From Caproicibacter sp. (GTDB lineage: Bacteria > Bacillota > Clostridia > Oscillospirales > Acutalibacteraceae): a DNA stretch of 64,000 nt. Position numbers and translations under genes: made by a program. Every line of letters starts with the position of its first letter. Positions within the stretch are counted from its first letter, which is position 1. Positions 39,923 to 49,750 of the stretch are shown in pieces. The stretch spans positions 8,038 to 72,037 of the forward strand of contig JBFLFY010000004.1 of the NCBI GenBank assembly GCA_041859875.1, written 5' to 3'. The notes under the pieces are model-generated. The model was not told where the DNA came from. It searched no databases and worked only from the letters and a program-made list of their open reading frames with translations.

Positions 39923-40490
39923 ATGTCATTAATTGATATTTGCAACCTAACTTTTGCCTATGAGGGCAGTTATGATAATATTTTCGAAGGTGTAAATTTA
40001 CAGATCGACACCAACTGGAAACTCGGATTTATCGGCCGAAACGGCCGCGGGAAAATCGAGCATACTGAAGCTGATCTGCGGGCAAGCCTTAACTTATACC
40101 GGTGATTTTCAAAAAGCGAGCGGCCTGTTAATTTCCTATGTGCCGCAGGACACATCTTTTCTCAGCGGAAACCTCACCGACTATGCCAGAGACAGCAGCA
40201 TTGATGAAACCCTAATGAAAGCAATCCTTCGCAAACTGGATTTCGCGCGGGTTCAGTTTGAAAAGGATATGCATGATTTCAGCGCTGGGCAAAAGAAAAA
40301 AGTGCTGATTGCAAAAAGCCTCTGTGAAAAAGTCCATCTGCTTGTGTGGGATGAACCGCTGAATTATGTTGATATTATTTCGCGTACGCAAATTGAAAAG
40401 CTGTTGCTTACCTACAAGCCCACGGTTTTATTTGTGGAACATGACCGTGCTTTCTGCAAAAACATCGCAACAAAAATAATACAGTTGTGA
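39923..40490 (+). pseudogene. lsa: Lsa-type ABC-F ribosomal protection protein, internally deleted and frameshifted
   Basis: N-terminus GSYDNIFE..WKLGFIGRNGRGK joined out of frame to second-NBD sequence GKSSILKLI..SAGQKKKVLIAKSLCE..WDEPLN..VEHD. Confidence 0.8.
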
Positions 40491-40502
40491 TAATAAAAGC
40501 AT

Positions 40503-40538
40503 AGAAAAAGCCCTGCGGCGAAAACCGCAGGGTTTCTT
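40503..40538. terminator. Terminator of gap (bidirectional)
   Basis: AAGCCCTGCGG-CGAAAA-CCGCAGGGTTT with A tract. Confidence 0.75.
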
Positions 40539-40551
40539 GAAATGTCGCTAA

Positions 40552-41577
<1,026 letters not shown>

Positions 41578-41659
41578 CTACCTCCTGTTTTGTTTTAAGT
41601 ACTAATGATATTTTATAGCATTTCAAGCGTTTTTACAAGATGTTTTGATATTTTTTTAA

Positions 41660-42742
41660 CTAACTTTTTGCAGGTTCCATTTTATCAGGAAAATTTTGCT
41701 CCTTTTCCCGGAACTCTTCCTGCCCTTGGTAAACATCCTGCAAAAAGGAAAGATACTCCGCATCCGGGTTTTCAGCAGGCCGTTCGAGTGGTTTCTCCAC
41801 CGATGCACTGATTTCCGGCTGCACCGCAGCTTTTTCCGTTGCCGCTGCCGCTGCAGTGGAACTGCTTTTCTGCGGTTTCGGCTGCTCTGTTTCCCCGCCT
41901 TCCGCAGAGGCGCCGTCTTCATCCCCCGCAACAGGAGCAGCACTCACCACAGAGGCTTCCCTGCGGCGGCACATCACAGCAAGGCAGGTAAGAATATAGG
42001 CCGCGATTACAAGGTTGGTGCCCTGCACACCCACTTCGAAACTGCCAAGCATTTTCCTTCCGGAAAAGAAGAGCGCAAGGTTCGGCACTGCGTCGGTCAA
42101 CGCCATAACGGAAGCGGAAAATCCAAACGGCACCGCTAGGCGCACTGCGTTTTCGTCCATGCCGGAAAGAAGCTTTGCCTGTGAAAACAGGAATAAAAGC
42201 AGAAATATCACCGTAAATGTATGGTAGATATTATCAAACCGATTCACTGTTGACGCGTAGGTGATAAACAGCGAAATGAAGAAAAGACAACCCCATATTG
42301 TCGGAAAAAGTGCTACAAGAGGATGTTTGCGCAAAAAACCTGCGCCCGTGCCGAAATCATATGCCGCGGCAAAGAAAGCAACCGCCGCAAGCACGCCGGT
42401 AAGTGCCAAGACGGCATCCATCGTGTCCGGCTTTCCGTTTGAAAGAAGATTCTGCGCAAAAGTCATAAACGGAGCTCCCGCGGCAAAAAGGCCTGCAAGC
42501 ACGGCAAACGCCGCCGCAGCAGGGCTGCGATGCGCAGCGTAAGGATGTTTTACCGTCTCTTTCCTTCCAAGCACAAGAAGCGCCAAGATGCCAACCGCCG
42601 CGGCTGTTGCCGCAATACCTGCCATTTTCCCACCGTCGGTATAAAAACCGGTCTGTGGGTCTACCAGAAAAAACACAGAATAAATCCGAAGCGGCAGCAC
42701 CACAAGCAGCACCGCAGCCCAAATGCACCATGTGCGCTTCAT
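41660..42742 (-). CDS. Hypothetical multi-TM membrane protein with acidic disordered tail
   Basis: About 8 hydrophobic helices; GGAGG RBS. Confidence 0.75.
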   Translation of the reverse strand: MKRTWCIWAAVLLVVLPLRIYSVFFLVDPQTGFYTDGGKMAGIAATAAAVGILALLVLGRKETVKHPYAAHRSPAAAAFAVLAGLFAAGAPFMTFAQNLLSNGKPDTMDAVLALTGVLAAVAFFAAAYDFGTGAGFLRKHPLVALFPTIWGCLFFISLFITYASTVNRFDNIYHTFTVIFLLLFLFSQAKLLSGMDENAVRLAVPFGFSASVMALTDAVPNLALFFSGRKMLGSFEVGVQGTNLVIAAYILTCLAVMCRRREASVVSAAPVAGDEDGASAEGGETEQPKPQKSSSTAAAAATEKAAVQPEISASVEKPLERPAENPDAEYLSFLQDVYQGQEEFREKEQNFPDKMEPAKS

Positions 42743-42766
42743 AGAAATTCCTCCAACTCTCTGCCC

Positions 42767-44143
42767 TTATCTTTTTTCAATGGGAACATAGGGCCTGCCT
42801 TTTGACAGAGAGCGGTAAGCAGGCCGCATAATACGCCCACAGGTTTCCATTTCCTCCATGCGGTGTGCGCACCAGCCTGTAATCCGGGAAACGGCAAAAA
42901 GAGGCGTAAAAAGATCGCTCGGTATCCCAAGCATCTCATAGACAAGGCCGGAGTAGAAGTCCACATTAGCGCACATGACTTTTTTCTTGCCTGTAACTTT
43001 AGCAAAGGCCTGCGGCGCAAGGCGCTCTACACGCTCAAACAGACGGAACTTTTTTAGCATGCCCTTTTCTTCCGCAAGTTTGCGCGCGTGCGACTTTAAA
43101 ATTACAGCGCGTGGGTCCGAAAGCGTGTAAACTGCGTGGCCGATGCCGTAAATCAAACCGGAGTGGTCAGCAGCTTCCCCGCGAAGAATCTTCGCAAGGT
43201 ATGCCGAAACCTCATCGTCGTCCTCCCAGTCGTGCACATTTTCCATCAGCTCGTTCATCATCATCATGACGCGGTGGTTTGCTCCGCCATGGCGCGGGCC
43301 TTTCAGCGAACCGATGCCGGCGGCAATGGCCGAATAAATGTCTGTTCCCGTGGAAGTAAGCACACGCGTTGAAAAAGTGGAGTTGTTGCCGCCGCCGTGC
43401 TCCGCGTGAATCATCATGCAGATGTCGAGAAGCTTCGCTTCCTCATCGGTGAACACACGATCCGGGCGAATAGCGTTCAGTATGGACTGAGCAGCGGTCT
43501 GGGTTGGGTCAATCGGGTGGAAGTACATACTTTTTTTGTCAAAATGCCTGCGTTTTACCTGGTAAGCATAAGTCATAATGGTTGGCAGGCACGCGATAAG
43601 CTGAATGGACTGGCGCATATTATTTTCCAATGTGAACTCATCCGGGTTCTTATCATAAGAATACAACGCCAGAACCGATCGTGCAAGCTTATTCATCACA
43701 TTTTTGGAAGGAGCCTTAATTATCATGTCTTCTGCGAAATATTCCGGCAATTCACGGGAATGGCTCAAAACTTTCGTAAAGTGCTCCAACTGTGTACGGG
43801 TCGGCAGGCTGCCAAAAAGCAGCAGCCAGGCAACTTCCTCATAGCCGAAGCGGTTCTCTGCCACGCAGCCGTTCACAATGTCATTAATATCAATTCCACG
43901 GTATGTAAGGCGGCCTTCATCCGGAATACGCTCGCCGTCGGCAATTAAGTACCCATGCACATTGCAGATAAGCGTCAAGCCAGCCATAACGCCGGTTCCG
44001 TCCGGGTTTCGCAGGCCACGCTTCACATTATATAAATCATAGTTTTCGGGAGAAATTTTATTGTTTTTCCGGTACTCCTCGCAAAGGTTCTTTAGCTCTG
44101 CACTGTCGGTGCTGACGGTCAGCGTATCATTTTGTGTTTCCAT
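42767..44143 (-). CDS. gltA: Citrate synthase (citrate/2-methylcitrate synthase family)
   Basis: HAEHGGGNNST, GPRHGGAN, GIGHAVY, ANVDFYSG. Confidence 0.92.
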   Translation of the reverse strand: METQNDTLTVSTDSAELKNLCEEYRKNNKISPENYDLYNVKRGLRNPDGTGVMAGLTLICNVHGYLIADGERIPDEGRLTYRGIDINDIVNGCVAENRFGYEEVAWLLLFGSLPTRTQLEHFTKVLSHSRELPEYFAEDMIIKAPSKNVMNKLARSVLALYSYDKNPDEFTLENNMRQSIQLIACLPTIMTYAYQVKRRHFDKKSMYFHPIDPTQTAAQSILNAIRPDRVFTDEEAKLLDICMMIHAEHGGGNNSTFSTRVLTSTGTDIYSAIAAGIGSLKGPRHGGANHRVMMMMNELMENVHDWEDDDEVSAYLAKILRGEAADHSGLIYGIGHAVYTLSDPRAVILKSHARKLAEEKGMLKKFRLFERVERLAPQAFAKVTGKKKVMCANVDFYSGLVYEMLGIPSDLFTPLFAVSRITGWCAHRMEEMETCGRIMRPAYRSLSKGRPYVPIEKR

Positions 44144-44330
44144 GAACAAAGCATCCCCCATTCAGGCAGGATTCCCCTTACTATTTAAACCGGGCCTGCC
44201 GTTTTTCTTATCTTTTGAATGTTTTTATTTTATATCACTAAATTGGTAAAGTCAAGTCAGCAAAGGCCAATTTTGAATTTTTTGCTCATCGTTTTTTCAT
44301 AATTAAGGGCATTATTTCGGAATCAGCCCC

Positions 44331-44357
44331 CATATTGCTTGATTTTATGAATATCTT
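44331..44357 (+). promoter_or_regulatory. Possible sigmaE promoter of spoIID
   Basis: CATATT...AATATCTT with 16 nt between the ATA cores; spoIID is a known sigmaE target. Confidence 0.35.
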
Positions 44358-44397
44358 TGCAGCCGATTATGTATTATCGGCGTGGGAGGGAAAGCGA

Positions 44398-45378
44398 ATG
44401 ACTTCAAAAAAAGGGACCGTCCTGCTCTGCCTGCTGTTCTACCTTGCCATGCTTCTGCTGCCGCTTATGGCACTTGGAGGCGGAAAAAGTCCTGGAAAAC
44501 CGGGAAGCTCGCCGCCGCTGAAACTTCCGCCGGGAAGTTTCTTCCGCTTACAAGACTCCTCCACAGGCAAAATGCTAACGGTGGACGACGAAACTTTCGT
44601 ACGCGGCACGGTAGCAACTGAGATGTCACCGGAAGCCCCCCAAGAGGCCCTGAAAGCGCAGGCAGTTGCCGCACGCACTTACTACGGCAGGCTGCGGGAA
44701 AATCACCGCAGCAGCCCGGGAAGCGCAAACAGCGCAGACTTTACCGTGGACACAGCGAACCGCAACATTTACATGACGGTAGACGATATGAAGAAGCATT
44801 GGGGAGGGAACTTCGACCAGTACTATAAAAGCATCTGCAGCGCCTGTGACGCTGTTTCCGGACAGGTTCTCCGCAGCGGCGGAAAACTGATAGACGCAAC
44901 CTACTTTGCCATTTCCGGCGGAAGCACAGAAGACGCAGCCGACGTGTGGGGCTCCAAATGCTCGTACCTCGTTTCCGTCGCAAGCCCATGGGATGCCTTT
45001 GCGGGCGGTTACCAGACTTCCGCTTCTTTTTCGGCGGATGACTTTAAGGCTAAGATTCTGAAAACTGCGCCAAAAGCAGACCTGAGCGGCGCAGTCCAAA
45101 GCTGGGTCGGCGCTTCCGACCGTTCCCCAGCCGGAACGGTAAAGAATATCAAGATTGGCGGGCAGGTTCTTACCGGAAGCCAGGTGCGCACAGCCTTTGG
45201 CCTGCGCTCGGCAGATTTCACCGTAACGTTCACAAACGGCAGCTTCACCTTTGACGTAAAAGGCTACGGGCACGGCGTTGGCATGAGCCAAGTTGGCGCG
45301 GAAGCTATGGCGCGCGATGGCGCAGGCTACAAACAGATCCTTTCCTGGTACTACCCAAACACCACCCTCACGAAATAG
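44398..45378 (+). CDS. spoIID: Stage II sporulation protein D
   Basis: N-terminal TM, EALKAQAVAARTY, LVSVASP, GLRSADF, GYGHGVGMSQ. Confidence 0.93.
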   Translation: MTSKKGTVLLCLLFYLAMLLLPLMALGGGKSPGKPGSSPPLKLPPGSFFRLQDSSTGKMLTVDDETFVRGTVATEMSPEAPQEALKAQAVAARTYYGRLRENHRSSPGSANSADFTVDTANRNIYMTVDDMKKHWGGNFDQYYKSICSACDAVSGQVLRSGGKLIDATYFAISGGSTEDAADVWGSKCSYLVSVASPWDAFAGGYQTSASFSADDFKAKILKTAPKADLSGAVQSWVGASDRSPAGTVKNIKIGGQVLTGSQVRTAFGLRSADFTVTFTNGSFTFDVKGYGHGVGMSQVGAEAMARDGAGYKQILSWYYPNTTLTK

Positions 45379-45425
45379 AAGCAGCAGAGGCCGGTTCCAA
45401 AGCAGGAACCGGCCCCATTTAATGG

Positions 45426-45467
45426 CAGAAGCGCACCCCGCAAAATGCAGGGTGCGCTTCTGTTTTT
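45426..45467 (+). terminator. Intrinsic terminator after spoIID
   Basis: CAGAAGCGCACCC...GGGTGCGCTTCTG-TTTTT; a second hairpin GGCCGGTTCC/GGAACCGGCC lies just upstream. Confidence 0.8.
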
Positions 45468-45710
45468 CTAGCACTAAGCGGCGGCCAGTGCAGAACACCA
45501 ACCGCCGCCACGCCCCTCCTCCGGCACGAATGAGCACAAACCGGTATCTTGTCAAGTAAATTCTGGATATTTATTTGTTCTATTTCTTCTTTAAAACCCT
45601 GTAACTACCGTGTTTGCAGTCAATTTTTTCTTTCCTGAGGTAAAATATGGCATTCCCCGTTCCCCGGCTGCCGCCGCAGGTACGAAGAATACCTGAAATC
45701 CGTGGGCGGG

Positions 45711-47162
45711 CTACCGTGAAGGCAGCTGCCCGGGGCCGGAAAGATCCATGCGAAGAGCGCCGTTTTTCCAGATACCTGAGCGCTTTACACGCCCCGCGCC
45801 AAACTCGGTGCCAAAACCGTTCCGGCGGCCGTTTTTCCAGCCGCCGGTGTAAAGCAGGGTGCCGCTGGGGGAAAACTCGGTTCCGCAGCCGGTGGCGGTG
45901 CCGTTTTCCCACCGGCCAACGAAGATAGAGCCGTCACCCGCGCCGAAGGCCACACCCAGGCCGTTGCGCAGGTTCTGCTTCCAGCCGCCCACATAGCAGA
46001 GCCTGCCGGATTTGTAGTAGTAAACGCCGAAACCCTCGCGCAAGCCGCCGTGGTAGCCGCCTTCGTATGCCGTTCGCCCGCCGGGGCCCTGCGTGCGCCC
46101 AAAGCCCTCGCGCAAGCCGTCCTGCAGCCTGCCAAAGTAGAGGTAGCTTTCCATGCCGCTCACCACAATGCGCTCTGCGGGCACGACGCCCTCTTCCGGC
46201 GGGATTTCCCGCACAGGCGGAGGTTTCGCGGGCTCTTTTCTTTCTTCTGCCGCAGCGTTTTCCGGCGTTTTTTCCGCTTCCCTGCGCGCAGGCACGCCCC
46301 CGCGCACACCGCCGCGCACACCGCCGCGCAGCCCCCTAGCCGCAACGGCATACTTTGCCGGGTGGCCAACGTTTCTTCCTGACGGAATCCGTGGCACTGG
46401 ATGCTGCGGCTTTTTTTCCGCCGCGCTTTCCGCAGGGCTTTGCACCGGATTTTCAGCCATGGCGCGCCGCTCGCTGCTCCCATCGTTTTCAATCACCTGA
46501 AAGGTAAGGTCTTCTTCCGGCGCAGCCGCCCACTCCGGCGTCAGCTGCGAAGGGTCGTCCTGCAGGCGCTGGGCAAGGCTCTGGCGCCGGGTAAGCTCCT
46601 CTTCCGTGCAAAAGCAAAACGTACCGGCATCGGTTTCGGCTGAAATCTCCGGCTCGCCCGCTTCCGCGTTTATATAGCTCTGCGCAGCAGTTCCGGGGCT
46701 GTATGGGCACGGCACAAGCAGCGTTTCGGTTTTAGCGCCCGCTTCCCCCGGCTCCGTTTTCAAAATGCCGTTTTCCTGCCGCTTCAGCACCAGAACGGGG
46801 CTTGCCGGGTTTCCATTATAATAGGAAGTCTGAACCCAATGCAGCCCGGCGTCATAAGTCAGCGCCGAATGCAGGCGGCCCGAAAAATTATGTACTACAA
46901 TGCGGAAAGCTCCCCCCGGAAGGCGGAAGGCCTCCTGCAGCGTGGCTTTTCCGCTCGTCTTTTTCCAGAAGAGGCAGCCCTTTCCCACACGGTACTTCAC
47001 CCGCACGGCCTGTCCGTTTTCTACGGCACGCACATTTCCGTGCGCTGTGCGGCCCTTTGTGAAATACCGGCGGCGCGCGTCGCCTGGCTCAAACCCGCCG
47101 GGAATATCGTACTTGCTGCTGCTTACCTTATAATATTCAATTTTGTTCGTTTGTTCCGGCAT
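45711..47162 (-). CDS. MORN-repeat protein with unknown N-terminal domain and disordered linker
   Basis: About 5-6 YxGxWxxGxRxGxG repeats at the C-terminus; ATG 47162 after GGGAGG. Confidence 0.75.
   Translation of the reverse strand: MPEQTNKIEYYKVSSSKYDIPGGFEPGDARRRYFTKGRTAHGNVRAVENGQAVRVKYRVGKGCLFWKKTSGKATLQEAFRLPGGAFRIVVHNFSGRLHSALTYDAGLHWVQTSYYNGNPASPVLVLKRQENGILKTEPGEAGAKTETLLVPCPYSPGTAAQSYINAEAGEPEISAETDAGTFCFCTEEELTRRQSLAQRLQDDPSQLTPEWAAAPEEDLTFQVIENDGSSERRAMAENPVQSPAESAAEKKPQHPVPRIPSGRNVGHPAKYAVAARGLRGGVRGGVRGGVPARREAEKTPENAAAEERKEPAKPPPVREIPPEEGVVPAERIVVSGMESYLYFGRLQDGLREGFGRTQGPGGRTAYEGGYHGGLREGFGVYYYKSGRLCYVGGWKQNLRNGLGVAFGAGDGSIFVGRWENGTATGCGTEFSPSGTLLYTGGWKNGRRNGFGTEFGAGRVKRSGIWKNGALRMDLSGPGQLPSR
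46300..46330. repeat. In-frame 12-bp tandem repeat (about 2.6 copies, encodes RGGV)
   Basis: CCGCGCACACCG x2 plus CCGCGCA. Confidence 0.8.
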
Positions 47163-47467
47163 AGATGTTTCCTCCCACTTCTTTCCCTTCCCCGCAGGAA
47201 AGGCGGTAAAAAGGAGCGGCTGCTTCCCAGATTTTCGGTTTTCTTCGTTCTTTTTGCAGTATGGCACGCAAAGCTGTTCCTTTGTGCTTTTTCCATTTTA
47301 CCTGCATCTGCAAAAAAAAGATGGCGAAAACTGCCTCCTGCTGAGTTTTGAAAAAAAAACCACGGATTTTTCTTCCAAAAAAAGCAGAAGCTCCTTTTGT
47401 GCAATAAAAATATCATATCACACATTGGGGACTTCTGCTATACTTTCTGCCTGATGCTTGCCGCGGT

Positions 47468-48007
47468 TTAACTGCCGGGCGTTACCACAATATACTTTGG
47501 CGCGGGGTCGGTCACCTTCAGCGGGAGAAGGGCGCTTTTTTTCGAAATCATGGGCACGGTATTTTCGGGAACATTGTTCAGCACAATTCCGCCCGAAAAC
47601 CGGAAGGTGCGGTGGTTGCTGGAGGTAATGATTTCATACTCCAGCTGCTGGTTTTCATTGATATTCTCGGTATACAGGTTCACCTGCTGAACGCCGCTTA
47701 TCTGCATGACTTCCTTGCCGTTTTCCTGTACATGAAACGTACCGGACTGAAAGAAAAGATTATCAACCACACCGGTGCCCTGCGCACTTTTCACTTCAAT
47801 GCTGTTCGCTGTAGGAAGATTTTTTCGAAGCCACGTTTCCAGCAGCTGCGCATCACCGTGGTTGACATAATCCGTCGCACCGCCCATAGCATCCTGAGAA
47901 CCGCTGAAAAAAGCCACGCTTGCCGCGCCGATTACGATGACCGAAATGACGCAAACCGCAATCAGCTCGACCAGTGACATTCCTTTTTTATTCATACGCC
48001 TGCGCAT
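47468..48007 (-). CDS. Type IV minor pilin (PilW/GspJ-like)
   Basis: Class III signal KKG|MSLVELIAV with E5. Confidence 0.8.
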   Translation of the reverse strand: MRRRMNKKGMSLVELIAVCVISVIVIGAASVAFFSGSQDAMGGATDYVNHGDAQLLETWLRKNLPTANSIEVKSAQGTGVVDNLFFQSGTFHVQENGKEVMQISGVQQVNLYTENINENQQLEYEIITSSNHRTFRFSGGIVLNNVPENTVPMISKKSALLPLKVTDPAPKYIVVTPGS

Positions 48008-48046
48008 ACAATTTCCCCTTCCCGTGTACCGAACGGCTTTTCGAAG

Positions 48047-49732
48047 TTAAGAGCCTAAAAACGCATTTTTGGCGGAATCTGCACTAAGAAGGTCGACGCT
48101 TCCACCCTTTATATTATGCATGCCAGCGCTTGCCCGGTACAGCACGGTACCGTCGCTGCTTTCGACTGTAAGGTCATGGTAAAGAACCAGCGAACTCGCG
48201 GTTACAACGAACTTGCTGCCCGCCGATTGCTTCAGCACCATAGCCGTAGAAAATTTTGCCGGGTCGCCGTCGCCACTCTGAATGTTCAGCGTTACCGTTC
48301 CCGCCTGCATGGTCACTGTTTTATTTTCCGGAAGCTGCAGCGTCGTTTTTGAATTGATAATCTGCATGGCAATCCGGTTCGCTTTATAAGTCTGCGCGTC
48401 GGAGCCCCACGAAGAATAATTGTTCACATACATATAAACGTCTTTGCCGGTCTGGTTGGAAGGGTTAGGGTCACCGCGCTGCTGCATCCGCAGCTGGTCG
48501 CCGCTCTGCAGCACGCCATTCTGCGTCCAGTTTGCCGCGCCGTTGTAGGTGTACGGGTACTGCTTCTGCGGCGTTGACGGCGCATTAGCCGCGTATTCGC
48601 CGGAAACAAGATTTTTTTTCTGCCATGTGCTGACAATATAATCCGCACTGTATGTTTGCAAAACAGACTTCACGCCATCGGTAACCGGCGTGAGCACACA
48701 GCCTTTGCTCCAAAGGTTCTGCGAGCGTGTAAAGGTATAAAGGCCAGCGGAATACTTTTTAACTACCATATCGGGGCTAATGCTATTGTAGTCCTTGTCG
48801 AGGCTGTCGGTCTGAATAATTTGGCAGTCCTGGGCGAAATAAATGTAAGCATTGGAAGAGTCCAAAGGGCTAAGGTTTATCTGAGGGTCGTCGCCTTTGT
48901 CATCGTTATTTCTCTTGTACGTAAGCGCTTCGGAGGCGATGTAGACGAAATTTGTTTTCAGGTTAGCCACCTGTGATGCGCTGTCGGCGTAAATGGAGCT
49001 GACATCCTGCAGACGCTTACTGCTGCCGCCGTTGCCGCCAAGGAAGAAAAGGCTCGGAGCAGAAAGGTTACGGCTCTGTTTGCCAGACTCATTATGCATA
49101 ATGGGGCCAAACACCACGGGGTAGGCAGAAGTGTAGTCGCCTTCCTTAAAGACTGGCGTATCCACTTTATCTGCAACCTGGTTGTTTCTGTATTTGGTGC
49201 CGTAAAGGAGAAACGGCACACCGCTCTCCGGGCCGGAAGGCGGGTACTCCGGCACTACCGGAGGCGGTGTCGTCGGAATGGCACCACCAAGATAGCAGTC
49301 TGCCATAGCGGAAGCGAAGCCGTTCATCTGAACGCAGTTTTTGCCGCCGTTATAGTAGGCACGGGATGTAATGCGGTAACCCACCAGTTCACTGCCATCC
49401 CACTGGTCGGTCAGAATATACTGCCTTTTTGCGCCCGTTGGGGAAAAATTGGCTTGGGAACTCCCACAGTAGGCAGCGCCGCTGATGTCTGCCGCCAGCT
49501 GGGCGCTGGTTGGCATTGTGCTTTTCTTAGACAAATAGGCAATCAGCGTATCAGTCAGTTTCTGCGTGGCGGCGGCGGCCCCCTCCTGAGTATCGTCCGA
49601 AAGGATGGATGTTCGCCCCGCGCTAACCAGCGAAAGTGACGCTATTACGCCGATTACCAGAATACATACCGCGCAGATTTCTTCCACAAGGGAAACACCG
49701 TGCTTGGAATTTCTCGTTTGACCTCTGGCCAT
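48047..49732 (-). CDS. Large modular minor pilin (PilV/GspI-like) with Pro-rich linker and unknown domain of about 390 aa
   Basis: KHG|VSLVEEICAVCILVIG with E5; PTTPPPVVPEYPP linker. Confidence 0.75.
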   Translation of the reverse strand: MARGQTRNSKHGVSLVEEICAVCILVIGVIASLSLVSAGRTSILSDDTQEGAAAATQKLTDTLIAYLSKKSTMPTSAQLAADISGAAYCGSSQANFSPTGAKRQYILTDQWDGSELVGYRITSRAYYNGGKNCVQMNGFASAMADCYLGGAIPTTPPPVVPEYPPSGPESGVPFLLYGTKYRNNQVADKVDTPVFKEGDYTSAYPVVFGPIMHNESGKQSRNLSAPSLFFLGGNGGSSKRLQDVSSIYADSASQVANLKTNFVYIASEALTYKRNNDDKGDDPQINLSPLDSSNAYIYFAQDCQIIQTDSLDKDYNSISPDMVVKKYSAGLYTFTRSQNLWSKGCVLTPVTDGVKSVLQTYSADYIVSTWQKKNLVSGEYAANAPSTPQKQYPYTYNGAANWTQNGVLQSGDQLRMQQRGDPNPSNQTGKDVYMYVNNYSSWGSDAQTYKANRIAMQIINSKTTLQLPENKTVTMQAGTVTLNIQSGDGDPAKFSTAMVLKQSAGSKFVVTASSLVLYHDLTVESSDGTVLYRASAGMHNIKGGSVDLLSADSAKNAFLGS

Positions 49733-49750
49733 GCCCGTTCCTCCTTTCCA

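Noticed and set aside
45379-45710. Cluster of hairpins after spoIID as a CRISPR array, MITE or sRNA
   Set aside because: The hairpins are unrelated in sequence, with no repeat-spacer periodicity or terminal repeats; termination between convergent genes explains them.
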